Below, piece by piece: positions 28,132-40,000 of a stretch of DNA of 64,000 nucleotides. The position numbers and the translations under genes are program-made. This DNA is from an uncultured bacterium (GTDB lineage Bacteria > Auribacterota > Erginobacteria > Erginobacterales > Erginobacteraceae). Where the stretch lies: positions 96,001 through 160,000 of the forward strand of contig CAWGIE010000019.1 of NCBI GenBank assembly GCA_963822585.1, written 5' to 3'. The first letter of the stretch is position 1; every line of letters starts with the position of its first letter. Under the pieces are notes generated by a model. That model was not told the origin of the DNA and searched no databases. It worked only from the letters and a program-made list of their open reading frames with translations.

Positions 28132-30828
28132 ATGCGGGACAACGAGAGAAAAAACCGGAACCATAAGCACCATTCGCCGCCGATCGGGAGGTCGATCCTT
28201 TCCCTCCTGCTGACGATCGGCAGCCTGGTGATTCTCCCCTCACCGGCCGGGGCGGAGTTCCCGTCCGGCTGGCCCTGGAAGATCACCCACCTCGTTTACC
28301 CGACGCTCGGGCAGCCGGTCATTATCAAGCAGGGTGAAACGTTCACGATCGAGTTCGACTGTATCGGCAAAGGCGAGGGAACGAATCAGCCGGCTGTCTC
28401 CGAGTGGACGGCGACCCTCAGCTCCTCCAATGACCGCTGGCCCACCGAGATGGCGTGTCCCATCGAATCGTCCACCAACGGTATCTCCGAAAGATGGCCG
28501 GGCGATTCCACCGTCGATTACTGGAAAGGATCAGGCCCCTGGGCGGGAAAAGAGGTCTGGAAGGTGACCGTCCGGGTCCCCTCCGATACCCGTCCCGATC
28601 TTTACGATCTCCTGGTGACGGCGGAGGGCGCGGCCTGGGTCAGCGACTCCCAGCCTCACGCGGTCCGGGTGGTGGACGGGTACAAGGACGAGTATACCTT
28701 CATCCAGATCACCGACTTCCACATCAACGACCCCCGGGGCCCCGCCAGCTGGGTCGCGCTGCCGGAACCGCATCCCGACTCGGAGGAGTTCCGGGATTAT
28801 GCCTACAATCTGAAGGCGATCGACGACGTCAACCGGCTCAATCCCGACTTCGTGATCATGTCCGGGGATACCGTCTTCGGCATCCCCTTCTTCGTCGAAT
28901 TTCCCTGGGAGAGCACCGGGATCACCGATTTCTGCGGGACCGCGCCGGACTGGAACGGCGAATACAACAAGACCTACGAGCAGATCCTCCGGCTTGACGT
29001 CCCGATCGTCTGCCTCCCCGGCAATCATGACACCTACAATATGGAGATATATAATATTCTGGTCAGCGACTGGACCGGGCTCGAAGGACATGTCAAGCAG
29101 GACGGGGCCGAGATCTGGCCCACCGTCTTCTCCCCCCGCTATTTCGGCTGGGAGTACGGCGACAAAGTCCATTTTACCTGTATCTGGACCTACGACAAGC
29201 ACGCCCGGGAGTTCAACCCTCTGGAGCAAAACACCCGCAACTTCTTGAGCGGGGCCTGGATCTTCCCGGAGGCGGAACTGCCCCAGAACCTCCTGGCCGG
29301 GGGAAGAGTGCAGGCGGACCAGATGGACTGGATCGCCCGGGACCTCCAGGAAGCCGGCGGAAATTACGACCTGCTGGCGATGGCTTCTCACCATCCTTTC
29401 TTTGGCGAATACGGAGAAGGGGATAGTTTCGACGACCAGACCAACCGGGATGAACTGATCGCCCTCAGCCACCAGACCGGCGTCCGGCTCGCCGTCTCGG
29501 GGCACACCCACGTCGACAACTTCTTCGAAGACACGTCCGGGCCGGAGGAGATCATTCATCTCAACACCACCTCCACCACCTTCAGCACCCGGGAATACCC
29601 CGGTTTCCGGCCCATCACCATCCGCGATGGGCACCCGGTCACCTATTACTACCGGTTCAACTCCCAGACCGAGTGTCTCTCCTACCCCGTCTATAAAGAC
29701 ACCATTCTGAAAAAGCACGCCGACCCGGTGGCGGCCTGGAACGACCTCACCCGCCTCAGTACCCCCTCGGTCGAGGGGTGGTTCAGCAGCACCGCCCCTT
29801 CCGCCGTTTCCAAGAGTTTCACCTGCCGCAATTACCTGACGGAAGGAGATCCGGCTGTCACCATTTCCGGTACCGTCATCGATTTCCTGATGCCCGACCT
29901 GGAATCCCCGGACAATTACCAGGTAACGGGCGGGACACTGCTCCGCTACTGGAACCCGATTTCCGGATACATCACCTTCCAGGTCCTGATCGACCCCGTC
30001 GGACCGGGAGGGGAGACCGTGACCACGGTGGGCGCCTCCGTCTCCCCGGAAGATCAGCCGATCATCCAGTCAGGCGATTACACCGGCGACGGGAGATCCG
30101 ATATCGCCGTCTTCCGGCCCTCCTCGGGCCTCTGGGCAGTCAGGGACCTGGGCCGGGTCTACTACGGCGCCGGAGGCGACATCCCTGCCTCCGGGGATTA
30201 CAACGGCGACGGCTACTCCGAGATCGCCCTCTTCCGCCCGGCGGCCGGTCTTTGGGCGGTCAGCGGGTTCACCCGCGTTTATTTCGGGCAGAACGGCGAC
30301 ATCGCCGCCCCCGCCGATTACGACGGTGACGGAACCTGCGACCCCGCCGTCTTCCGCCCCTCATCCGGGCTCTGGGCGGTCCGTGACTTCACCCGTGCCT
30401 ATTTCGGGACGGCGGGCGACCGGCCCGTCCCCGCGGATTACGACGGTTACGGCGGGGACGATATCGCCCTCTTCCGTCCGTCCACCGGGCTCTGGGCGAT
30501 CCGGGGGATCTCGCGCGCCTATTTCGGAGGACCCGGTGACGTCCCCATCCCCGGCGTATACCGCTGGCAAAGTCCCTCCTCTCCCCGCTCCACCCCGGCC
30601 CTCCGGAGCCAGATCGCCGTCTTTCGCCCCGCCACCGGCCTCTGGGCGATCAAGGGGGTGACCCGGACCTATTTCGGGCAGGCCAACGACGTCCCTCTCC
30701 GGGGCGATTTCACCGGGAATGCTCTCGACGACATCACAATCTTCCGCGGAGACTCCGGCCTCTGGGCCATCCGGGGAGTCACCCGCGCCTACTTCGGCAG
30801 GCCCGGTGACGTGCCGGTTACAAGATAG
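28132..30828 (+). CDS. Secreted calcineurin-like metallophosphoesterase with a C-terminal FG-GAP/VCBS-like repeat domain
   Basis: DFH, SGD, GNHD, HH and GHTH motifs; repeats of GDYxGDG..DIAVFRPSSGLWA; ends DVPVTR*. Confidence 0.88.
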   Translation: MRDNERKNRNHKHHSPPIGRSILSLLLTIGSLVILPSPAGAEFPSGWPWKITHLVYPTLGQPVIIKQGETFTIEFDCIGKGEGTNQPAVSEWTATLSSSNDRWPTEMACPIESSTNGISERWPGDSTVDYWKGSGPWAGKEVWKVTVRVPSDTRPDLYDLLVTAEGAAWVSDSQPHAVRVVDGYKDEYTFIQITDFHINDPRGPASWVALPEPHPDSEEFRDYAYNLKAIDDVNRLNPDFVIMSGDTVFGIPFFVEFPWESTGITDFCGTAPDWNGEYNKTYEQILRLDVPIVCLPGNHDTYNMEIYNILVSDWTGLEGHVKQDGAEIWPTVFSPRYFGWEYGDKVHFTCIWTYDKHAREFNPLEQNTRNFLSGAWIFPEAELPQNLLAGGRVQADQMDWIARDLQEAGGNYDLLAMASHHPFFGEYGEGDSFDDQTNRDELIALSHQTGVRLAVSGHTHVDNFFEDTSGPEEIIHLNTTSTTFSTREYPGFRPITIRDGHPVTYYYRFNSQTECLSYPVYKDTILKKHADPVAAWNDLTRLSTPSVEGWFSSTAPSAVSKSFTCRNYLTEGDPAVTISGTVIDFLMPDLESPDNYQVTGGTLLRYWNPISGYITFQVLIDPVGPGGETVTTVGASVSPEDQPIIQSGDYTGDGRSDIAVFRPSSGLWAVRDLGRVYYGAGGDIPASGDYNGDGYSEIALFRPAAGLWAVSGFTRVYFGQNGDIAAPADYDGDGTCDPAVFRPSSGLWAVRDFTRAYFGTAGDRPVPADYDGYGGDDIALFRPSTGLWAIRGISRAYFGGPGDVPIPGVYRWQSPSSPRSTPALRSQIAVFRPATGLWAIKGVTRTYFGQANDVPLRGDFTGNALDDITIFRGDSGLWAIRGVTRAYFGRPGDVPVTR

Positions 30829-31050
30829 TCATCAGTAATCGGTAATCAGTGTCGCCTTTCCGGGCAAGACCTGGTGAGGGGGAACATTGGAAGTTGAACG
30901 TTGAAAGTTGAGCGTTGAACGTTCAGATTTTATCTTCCCACCCTCGGTTCAACCGATCACCGATTACCAGCTCTTTGCCTCTATTCCGCGGCTCCTGTCC
31001 CGCATCTTGCCTCCTTATCCCCCTTATCCCTTACCCCTTATCCCTGTCTT
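30829..31050 (+). repeat. Composite intergenic repeat, copy 1 (also at about 36598-36892 and 41289-41550)
   Basis: Same ordered blocks: TAATCAG array, GGTGAGGGG, GTTGAAC array, AACCG/ATCACCG array; a CCCTTAT array in copies 1 and 2. Confidence 0.75.
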
Positions 31051-31189
31051 AATGGAATCGTGGATATAAATCTTCTTGACGGGGAACAGGCCATGGTTAA
31101 AATACATTCTGTCATTTACGCACCATGGTCCATTTTCGCCTTTACCCCATGGATTACATGATTTCCCAAACCGTTTCCCGGAGACCAGT

Positions 31190-34100
31190 ATGAAAAAAAC
31201 CGTTTTCCTTATGTGCTTTTTCCCGATCGTCTTTATCCATCCCTTCTCTCTTCCGGCCGCGACGCTGAGCCTCGACTATTCGACCTACCTGGGGGGGAGC
31301 GGCGGCGGCTACTCCCAGGCCCTGGAAGTGGATTCGGCCGGCTGCGCCTATGTCGCCGGCACCACCCGCTCGGGCGATTTTCCCACCGTGAACCCATACC
31401 AGTCGTCGCACTCCTCGCCGGGTTCGATCGGCATCGCCTTCATCACCAAATTCTCTTCCGGCGGTTCGACTCTGGTCTATTCGACCTACCTGGGAGACTG
31501 GGATGAGGTCGCCTACGACGTCGCCGTGGATTCAGCCGGGAACTGCTACGTCGCGGGGCGGACCAACTCGTTCAACGGCTTCCCGGTGGTCAACCCCTAC
31601 CAGTCCACCAGGAACGGCGGCTATGACGCCTTTATTTCCAAGCTTTCCTCGACCGGATCGTCCCTCCTCTTTTCCACCTACCTGGGCGGTTCCGCCAACG
31701 ATTACGGGATGTCGATCTCGGTCGAGGGTGATACCGCTTTCATCGGGGGAGGGACCTATTCCAGCAACTTTCCGACCGTCAATCCCTACCAGGCCAGTTT
31801 CGGCGGAGGGTCCTACGACGCCTTCGTCGTCCGGATCGACTCCACCGGCAGCACGCTCCTCTACTCGACTTACCTGGGCGGGAGCGGAAACGACGGGCCC
31901 TTTCTCTTGTTCTATCCCGCCAAGATGGGTCTCGCCGTCGACTCCGCCGGAGAAACCTACCTGACCGGTTTGACCACCTCCGCCGACTTCCCCACCGAGA
32001 ATCCCTACCAGGCGAGTCTGGCCGGGGGGAGCTACGATGCTTTTGCGAGCAAGCTTTCCTCCACCGGTTCAAACCTGCTCTACTCTACCTACCTGGGGGG
32101 AGATCAGGTCGAGTACGGGTACGCGCTCGCCCTGGAAGGCGGTTCCGCCTACCTGACCGGACGCACCTACTCGACCGACTTCCCCACCGTGAACCCGTAC
32201 CAGCCCAGTACAGGATCTTTTAACATCAGGGCCTTTGTCACCAAGTTATCAACGGCCGGCTCCGCCCTCCTCTACTCGACCTACCTGGGCGGGGACCTGA
32301 CCACCGACGGCTTCGGCATATCCGTTCAGGGGGGCGAGGCCTATGTGAGCGGCACGACCAACTGCTCCGACTTTCCCGTAAAAGACGCCTACCAGACGAG
32401 CCTCGCCGGCTCCAACAGTGATTACTTCGCCACCCGCCTCTCCTCCACCGGTTCGGCCGTCATCTTCTCCACCTATCTGGGGGGGAGCGGCCAGGATGAC
32501 AACGGGGGAGGGATTGCCGTGGATGACGCCGGCAAGATCTATCTGAGCGGGCAGAGCTTCAGTACCGACTGGCCCACGAACAATGCCTACCAGGCGATCC
32601 GTTCCGGTTCCTATAATACCGTCGTGGTCCGGTTGGCCTACGAAGTGACGCCGACCCCCTTCGGTTACAAATCGCCGACCCCGACTCCCCTGAACACCCC
32701 GACTCCCTCGATCACGCCGACCCCCTCGATCACGCCAACTCCTTCGGTCACGCCGACCCCCTCGGTCACGCCGACCCCTTCGGTCACGCCGTCCCCGACG
32801 CCGAGCATCACACCCACGCCTCTCGGTTATAAAACGCCCTCACCGTCACCGACAACGTCCCCCTCCCCGTCGCCAACGCCCTGGAACTGGGTCGAACGGC
32901 TCAATCTCGACTACTCGACCTACCTGGGGGGGGCGCCAATGATTTCGGCGCTGACGTGGCCGGGGACGACCAGGGGTGCGCCTACTTGTGCGGGAGCACG
33001 TTTTCAACCGGCTTCCCGACACTCAACCCCTACCAGCCGAGCCTGGCCGGTACCCAGGACATCATCGTCACCAAGTTTTCCTCCACCGGTTCCTCTCTTC
33101 TCTATTCGACCTATGTGGGAGGGACATCCGCCTATTCCAGCGCCAGCGCCATCGCCCTCGATACGGCGACCAACGCTTATATCACCGGTTCCTGCAACTC
33201 CGGCTCGGCCTTCCCGGTCGTCAACGCCTACCAGTCGAGCGTGGCTGCGTCCGTGGGAAGCGCCGTCGTCTTCAAGCTCTCCTCCACCGGCTCCTCGCTC
33301 CTTTACTCGACCTACCTGAACGGGACCTTTCTCAGCCACGGCGAGGCTATCGCCGTCGACTCCGCCGGTTCCGCCTTCGTCGCGGGCGCGGTCTGGTCGA
33401 GCGATTTCCCGACCGTCAATCCCTATCAGGCAACCCACCACGGCACCGCCCGGGCGGGATTCGTCACCCGTTTCGACTCCACCGGGTCCGCGCTGATCTA
33501 CTCGACCTACCTCGGCGGGAGTACGGAGGAATGGGCATATGGGATAGCCCTGGACACTTCGGGCATCGCCACCGTCACCGGTGCCACCTATTCGACCGAT
33601 TTCCCCACCGTCAATCCCTATCAGGCGACACGGGGGGGGAGCCGGGACGCTTTCGTCACTCGTTTTAGCTCTACCGGATCGACCCTTATCTATTCGACCT
33701 ACCTTGGCGGCGCCGAGGATTTAGAGGAGGGCAAAGACGTCGCGATCGGCACCGACGGCTCCGCCTACCTCTGCGGCTTCACCCAGTCGGACGACTTCCC
33801 GACCGTGAACCCCTACCAGCCCGGTCTCCATGGCGCGGTCGACTGCTTTGTCAGCCGCCTCTCTTCCACCGGTTCGAGCCTGATCTACTCCACCTATATC
33901 GGCAGCTGGAGCAATGACTGGGGGCAGGACCTGGCCGTGAACCCGTCGGGGAACGCCTACATCTGCGGATATACCTCTACCGGCAGCTTCCCGACTATAA
34001 ACGCCTATCAGGCGACCTGGGCCGGCAGCTATGACGCTTTCGTCACTAAGTTTGCCCCCTCCGGTTCCTCACTGAAATATTCGACCTACCTCGGCGGAAG

Positions 34101-36537
34101 CGGGATGGAGTATTGTTTCGGCCTGGCCCTCGGTTCCGCCGACAGCGCTTATGTGACGGGATACAGTCCCTCCGCTGACTTCCCCACCTTCAACGCCTAC
34201 CAGGCGAGTATCGCGGGGAACAACGACGGGTTCATTACCAAACTCTCCTATCTCGGCTACCTGACCACGCCAACGCCGACGCCGACGCCCTTCGGGTATA
34301 AGACGCCGTCTCCCACCGCAACCCCCTCGGTGACACCCACACCCTCGGTGACACCCACGCCGACACCATCCATCACCCCGACCCCCTCCGTGACCCCGAC
34401 ACCGTCGGTCACGCCCACGCCCTCGGTGACCCCGACGGCCACCCCCAGCACGACACCGACGCCCTACGGCTTCAAGACACCGAGCCCGACGCCCTCGACC
34501 ACCCCGACGCCGTCGATTCCCCCGACGCCGGTCCCGGTCCCGACCGGGAACTGGACCGCCTGGACCCAGGTGAACGAGGACGGCTTCGGCGACGAGGACA
34601 ACTATTCCGCCTTCGCGCTTGCCTGCTACGAAGGAACCATCTACGCCGGGACATTGAACAACATCGCCGGCTGCGAGATCTGGCGGCGGGAGGGCCCCGA
34701 CCCCACGGACTGGGCGCTGGTCACCGGCGGCGGCTTCGGCACCTCCGACAACCGGGGGGTCTTCTCCCTGGCCGTCTTCGACGATGAGCTTTTCGTGGGG
34801 ACGGCAAACAACTCCGACGGCTTCGAGGTCTGGTCTTACGATGGGAGCGACTGGACACAAAGGGCCTCCGGCGGGCTCGGGGATACGACCAACACCTGGG
34901 CCTCCTCCATGGTCGTGTTCGACGGCAAACTCTATCTGGGGACCTCCTGGCAGGCCGCCGTCTTCACCTATGACTGGAGCGAGTGGACGCAGGTGAACGA
35001 GAACGGCTTCGGCGACAGCGACAACCAGCAGGTGAGGAGCCTGGCCGTCTACGACGGGAAAGTTTACGCGGGGGTTTACAACACCTCCGACTACGCCCGT
35101 CTCTACCGCTACGACGGCCCCGGAACCGCCGACTGGACGCTGGTGACCGAGGGCGGCTTCGGCGGGAATTTCGTGGAGTTCCGGAGCCTGGCCGCAACGG
35201 GCTCGAGGCTCTTCGTGGGGGGAGCCGGCTGGAGCGTCCCCTGCCAGGTCTGGGAGTACGCGGGAGGAATCTTCACCCGGAATGACCCCGGCAACGAGAT
35301 GCAGTATGATGCCGCCCGGTGCATGGAGGTCTTCGACGGACGCCTTTACGTGGGAACCGGAAACGACTCCGGATCCCCCGAGGGCGGCCAGGTCTGGGAA
35401 TACGGTTGGGCAGCCTGGACCCAGGTGAACGAGAACGGGTTCGGGAACTCCACCAACGAGGCGGTTCACGCCCTGGCCGGGTGCTACCCCTGCCTCTTCG
35501 CGGGTGTTTCCAACAGCGACGGCGAGGGCGGCAAGGTCTTCATGCGCTGCCTGGTCACGCCCACGCCAATGCCCTCGATGACGCCCACGCCCAGCGTGAC
35601 CCCGACGCCAAGCGTGACCCCAACACCGAGCGCCACCCCGACTCCGAGTGCCACCACAACGCCGTTGGTAACTCCAACGCCTTCCGTCAGGCCGACACCC
35701 TCGACAACACCGACGTCTACTCTGCCGCCGACCCCGACACCCTCCCCCACCTGCGGGCCGCCGGTGCCCTTTGAACTTCAGGCCTACCGAAGCGGCGACT
35801 ATGACGGTGACGGGACAAGCGAGATCGCCGTCTTCCGTCCCACCTCCACTCTCTGGGCGATCCGCGGGGTGAGCCGATTCTACTTCGGATCCGCCACAGA
35901 CCTTATCGTCTCCGCCGACTACGATGGCGACGGCACCGCCGACGCGGCCGTCTTCAACCCGGCTTCCGCCCTCTGGGCGATCAGGAACCTGACCCGGATT
36001 TACTTCGGCGCCGATGGCGACGCGCCCGCGCCCGGCGATTACAACGGCTCCGGCACCGACGCCGTCGGCGTCTTCCGCGCGGCCTCCGGTCTCTGGGCGA
36101 TCCGGGGGATGGCTCGGACCTACTTCGGCGGAACCGGAGATTGGCCGGTGCCGCGGGACTTCAACGGCGACGGCAGCGACGAGATCGCCGTCTACCGTTC
36201 CGCCGCCGGCGGCTCCGGCTTCTCCCTCTTCGCCGTCCGCAACGGCTCCCGGGTCTATTACGGGCGGGACGGCGACTGGCCGGCGCCGAACGACTTTGAC
36301 GGGGACGGTTCAGCTGATGTGGGGATCTTCCGGGCCTCCTCCACCGCCCTCTGGGCGGTGCGAAACGTCACCCGCGTTTACTATGGGCGTTGCGTTGACT
36401 GGCCGGCCCCCGCCGACTACGACGGCGATGGCATCGCCGACCCCGGGATCTTCCGCGACTCCGCCGGTCTCTGGGCCGTCCGCTTCGTCACCCGCGCTTA
36501 TTACGGAACAAACGGCGACGTACCCGTCACCCGGTAG
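31190..36537 (+). CDS. Large secreted SBBP beta-propeller protein with PT linkers and an FG-GAP-like C-terminus, frameshifted at G8 (32926-32933)
   Basis: YSTYLGG / DFPTVNPYQ repeats occur in both track ORFs (31076..33319 and 32956..36537). One extra G restores [17 protein letters not shown] and a single ORF of about 1782 aa. Confidence 0.85.
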
Positions 36538-37061
36538 CCGCTCCGATCTATCGGAGTGTGCTATGGGAGTGATAGCGACGTATTGGTTACAAGATAGTAA
36601 TCGGTAATCAGTAATCAGTCACCGGCTGGCACCCTCTCCCCTCGTGGGAGAGGATGCCCCGAGCGTACGCGAGGGGCGGGTGAGGGGGATAGTGGACGTT
36701 GGAAGTTGAGCGTTGAACGTTGAACGTTCGGATCTTTTTCCGGGACCCCGGTTCAACCGGTCACTGATTATCGCAGTTCAACGGAGATCCCGAGGATTCC
36801 CGATGGTAATCGGGGAGCTTTTCGGAACCGATTATTAGTCTTCTGCCCTCATCCCGCATCTTCCCCCTTATCCCTTACCCCTTATCCCTGCCTGAACAGC
36901 CAGGGGGATAATTAGCGTCATTCGCGAAATTCGTAGTTTAATGAAGCGGCCGAATCTGATGTACAGAACCGGGTAAAATGCTTGCGGGAAAGGGAATTTA
37001 TTGTTAAAGGTACATACAAAACAATTTCACTGGAAACCATAAAACCGAAAGCAGGGATATC

Positions 37062-40000
37062 ATGCAGCGCATCTCTTCCCGGGCAAGGATTTTAACGTCC
37101 CTTTTTACCGCGGCCGTTCTCACAACCTTTTTTTCCCCGGGCTCCTGCCCGGCGGCCTGGTCCACCTGGACCCAGTGGAATACCAACGGATTCGGGAATC
37201 AAACTGACAACTACTCCGTCTTCGAGCTGGAGGTCTATAAGGACGATCTCTACGCGGGGACCCACAACATAACCCAGGGCTGCGAGATCTGGCGTTATAA
37301 CGGGCCGGGGCCTACCAACTGGTCCAGGCTGACCAGCGGCGGTTTCTCCGACAGCCAGAACCAGATCCCCTACTCGATGGAGGTCTATGACGAACACCTC
37401 TACATCGGTACCCGGAACAACTCGGCCAACGGTCTTGAAATCTGGCAATACGACGGAGCGGATTTCACATTCCTGACCGATGGATTGGGTCTGGGCGACT
37501 CCGACCTGAAGATCCCCTGTTCGATGACCACCTTCGACGGGGACCTGATCCTGGGGGCCGGCAATTCCTGGACCAACAACAAGGCCAAGGTCTTCAGCTA
37601 CGACGGGAGTTCCTGGAGCCAGATCAATACCAACGCCTTCGGGGACAGCCAGAACCGCCAGGTGCGCGCCCTGGCGGTCTTTAACGACGACCTCTACGCG
37701 GGAACCTACAACACCCAGAGCGGGGGGCAGGTCTGGCGCTACGACGGTCCGACCCCCTCTGACTGGACCATGGTGGCGGCCGCCGGTTTCGGAATGGGCA
37801 ATGACAACCAGGACGTGCGCGTCCTCTTCGTCTACGACGGGAAACTCTATGGGGGGACGGCGAATACCACCAGCGGCAGTCAGGTCTGGGAGACGACCAA
37901 CGGGACCGACTGGCTCCAGAACAACCCCGACATCGCCGTCGACATGTACTACTTCGACGCCACCCGGTGCATGGAGGAGGCGGGCGGGAACCTCTATGTC
38001 GGGACGGGGAACGCCCTCGGGGCCGGGGGCAACAACCCCGGCGCCCAGGTCTGGGAGTATGACGGCAGCTTCGGGAACTGGACCCAGGTAAACAGCAACG
38101 GCTTCGATGAGCAGACCAATATGGCCGTCCAGGACCTCGTCCGGTGGAGCGGCTACCTCTGGGCCGGGGTCAGCAACTCCTGGGAGCGGGGAGGCATGGT
38201 CTGGCGGGGCGGGGACGGGACCTTTGTCGATACCACCCCGACACCTTCCATCACCCCGACCCTGACACCGACGCCCACGACCACCCCGTCACCGGTCGGG
38301 GAGACCTTCGAAGCGCCGATCGTGGTCTCCCTGGATTACTCGGGGAGCGAAAACACCGCGATCAGCTTCGCCAACAACTACAACACTTACAGCTGCATCG
38401 CCTTCGACGAAACCGGCCCCGATATCGTCTACCGGTTCACCCTCGCCACCCCGGGAACGATCTCGATCCTGCTCTCGGGGCTCTCGGTCGACCTCGACCT
38501 CTTCCTCTGCGACGGACCCGCCATTAAGGACTGCGTGGACAGCAGCACCAACACCGGAACCGTGGATGAGCAGATCACCTTCGCCACCGGGACCGGGACC
38601 TTCTACACGGTCGTCGACGGCTTTGAGGGCGCGGCCGGCCCCTTCGACCTCGACATCTCCTTCGTCACGCCCAGCCCGAGCGTCACGCCGACCCCCTCGG
38701 TCGCGCCCACGCCCACACCGTCCCCTTCGGTCACGGCCACGCCGACGGTAAGCCCGTCGCCCACGCCCAGTGTCACGCCAACGCCTTCGGTCACACCGAC
38801 ACCATCCGCGACCCCTTCACCATCGATTACACCCACGCCGTCCGCCGCCCCGACATCATCCGTGACTCCTACTCCCACGCCCAGTATCACCCCAACGCCC
38901 TCGGTTACACCCACGCCGTCTGTCACGCCCTCTCCGACTCCGTCATCGACGCCGACAGCAACCCCTCCTCCCTCACCATCGGTCACGCCCACGCCCAGCG
39001 TAACGCCGACGCCGGTGGGGGAGGTCTTCGAGGCGCCCATCGTCGTCACCCTTAACTACACCGGGAGCCAGGACACCACCGGCTTCGCCGACGACTATGA
39101 CACTTACGGCTGTATCGCCTTCCCGGAGACCGGGCACGATATCGTCTATGCCTTCACCGTCACCGCCCCGGGCACCCTTTCCATCAACCTCTCCAGCCTC
39201 TCGGCCGATCTCGACTTGCTTCTCTGCGACGCGCCCAGCTCAAAGGCCTGCGTCGACAGCAGCACCAACTCGGGGACAAGTGACGAACACATATCCTACG
39301 CGGCCGCGATCGACACCTATTACACGGTGGTCGATGGCTTCGACGGTGCGATGAGTTCTTTTGATATCGATATCTCTTTAACCACACCGACGCCGACGCC
39401 GACCCCTTCGTCCACCCCGGCACCATCAGCCACGCCCACTCCAAGTGTTACGCCCACTGCCACATCCACGCCGTCGGTCACGCCGACACCAACACCGTCT
39501 ATCACACCCACGCCATCGGTAACGCCGACGCCGAGCCCGAGTGTTACACCGACCCCCTCGGTAACGCCGACAACAACACCGTCCGTCACACCCACGCCAT
39601 CAGTCACCTCAACACCGACAGTCACCCCGACACCAACACCATCGGTGACGCCGACTCCAACCCCGACTGTCACATCCACACCCTCGGTGACACCGACGCC
39701 TTCGGTCACGCTTACGCCGTCGGTCACCCCGACACCGACTAACACGCCCACGCCCTCGGTGACACCCTCGCCAAGCCTCACACCAACACCCTCGATGACC
39801 CCGACACCCTCGGCCACATCCACCCCAACGGTGACACCAACGCCCACACCCAGTATCACCCCCACACCCTCGATCACGCCAACGATCACTCCGACGCCCG
39901 TCCCCTGCGTCTCACCGCTGATGCTGACGAACATCACCTACATCGAGATCTTCCAGACACGGGCATCCGTCAACAATGGCTGGTTCATCCGGGGGCTGGA

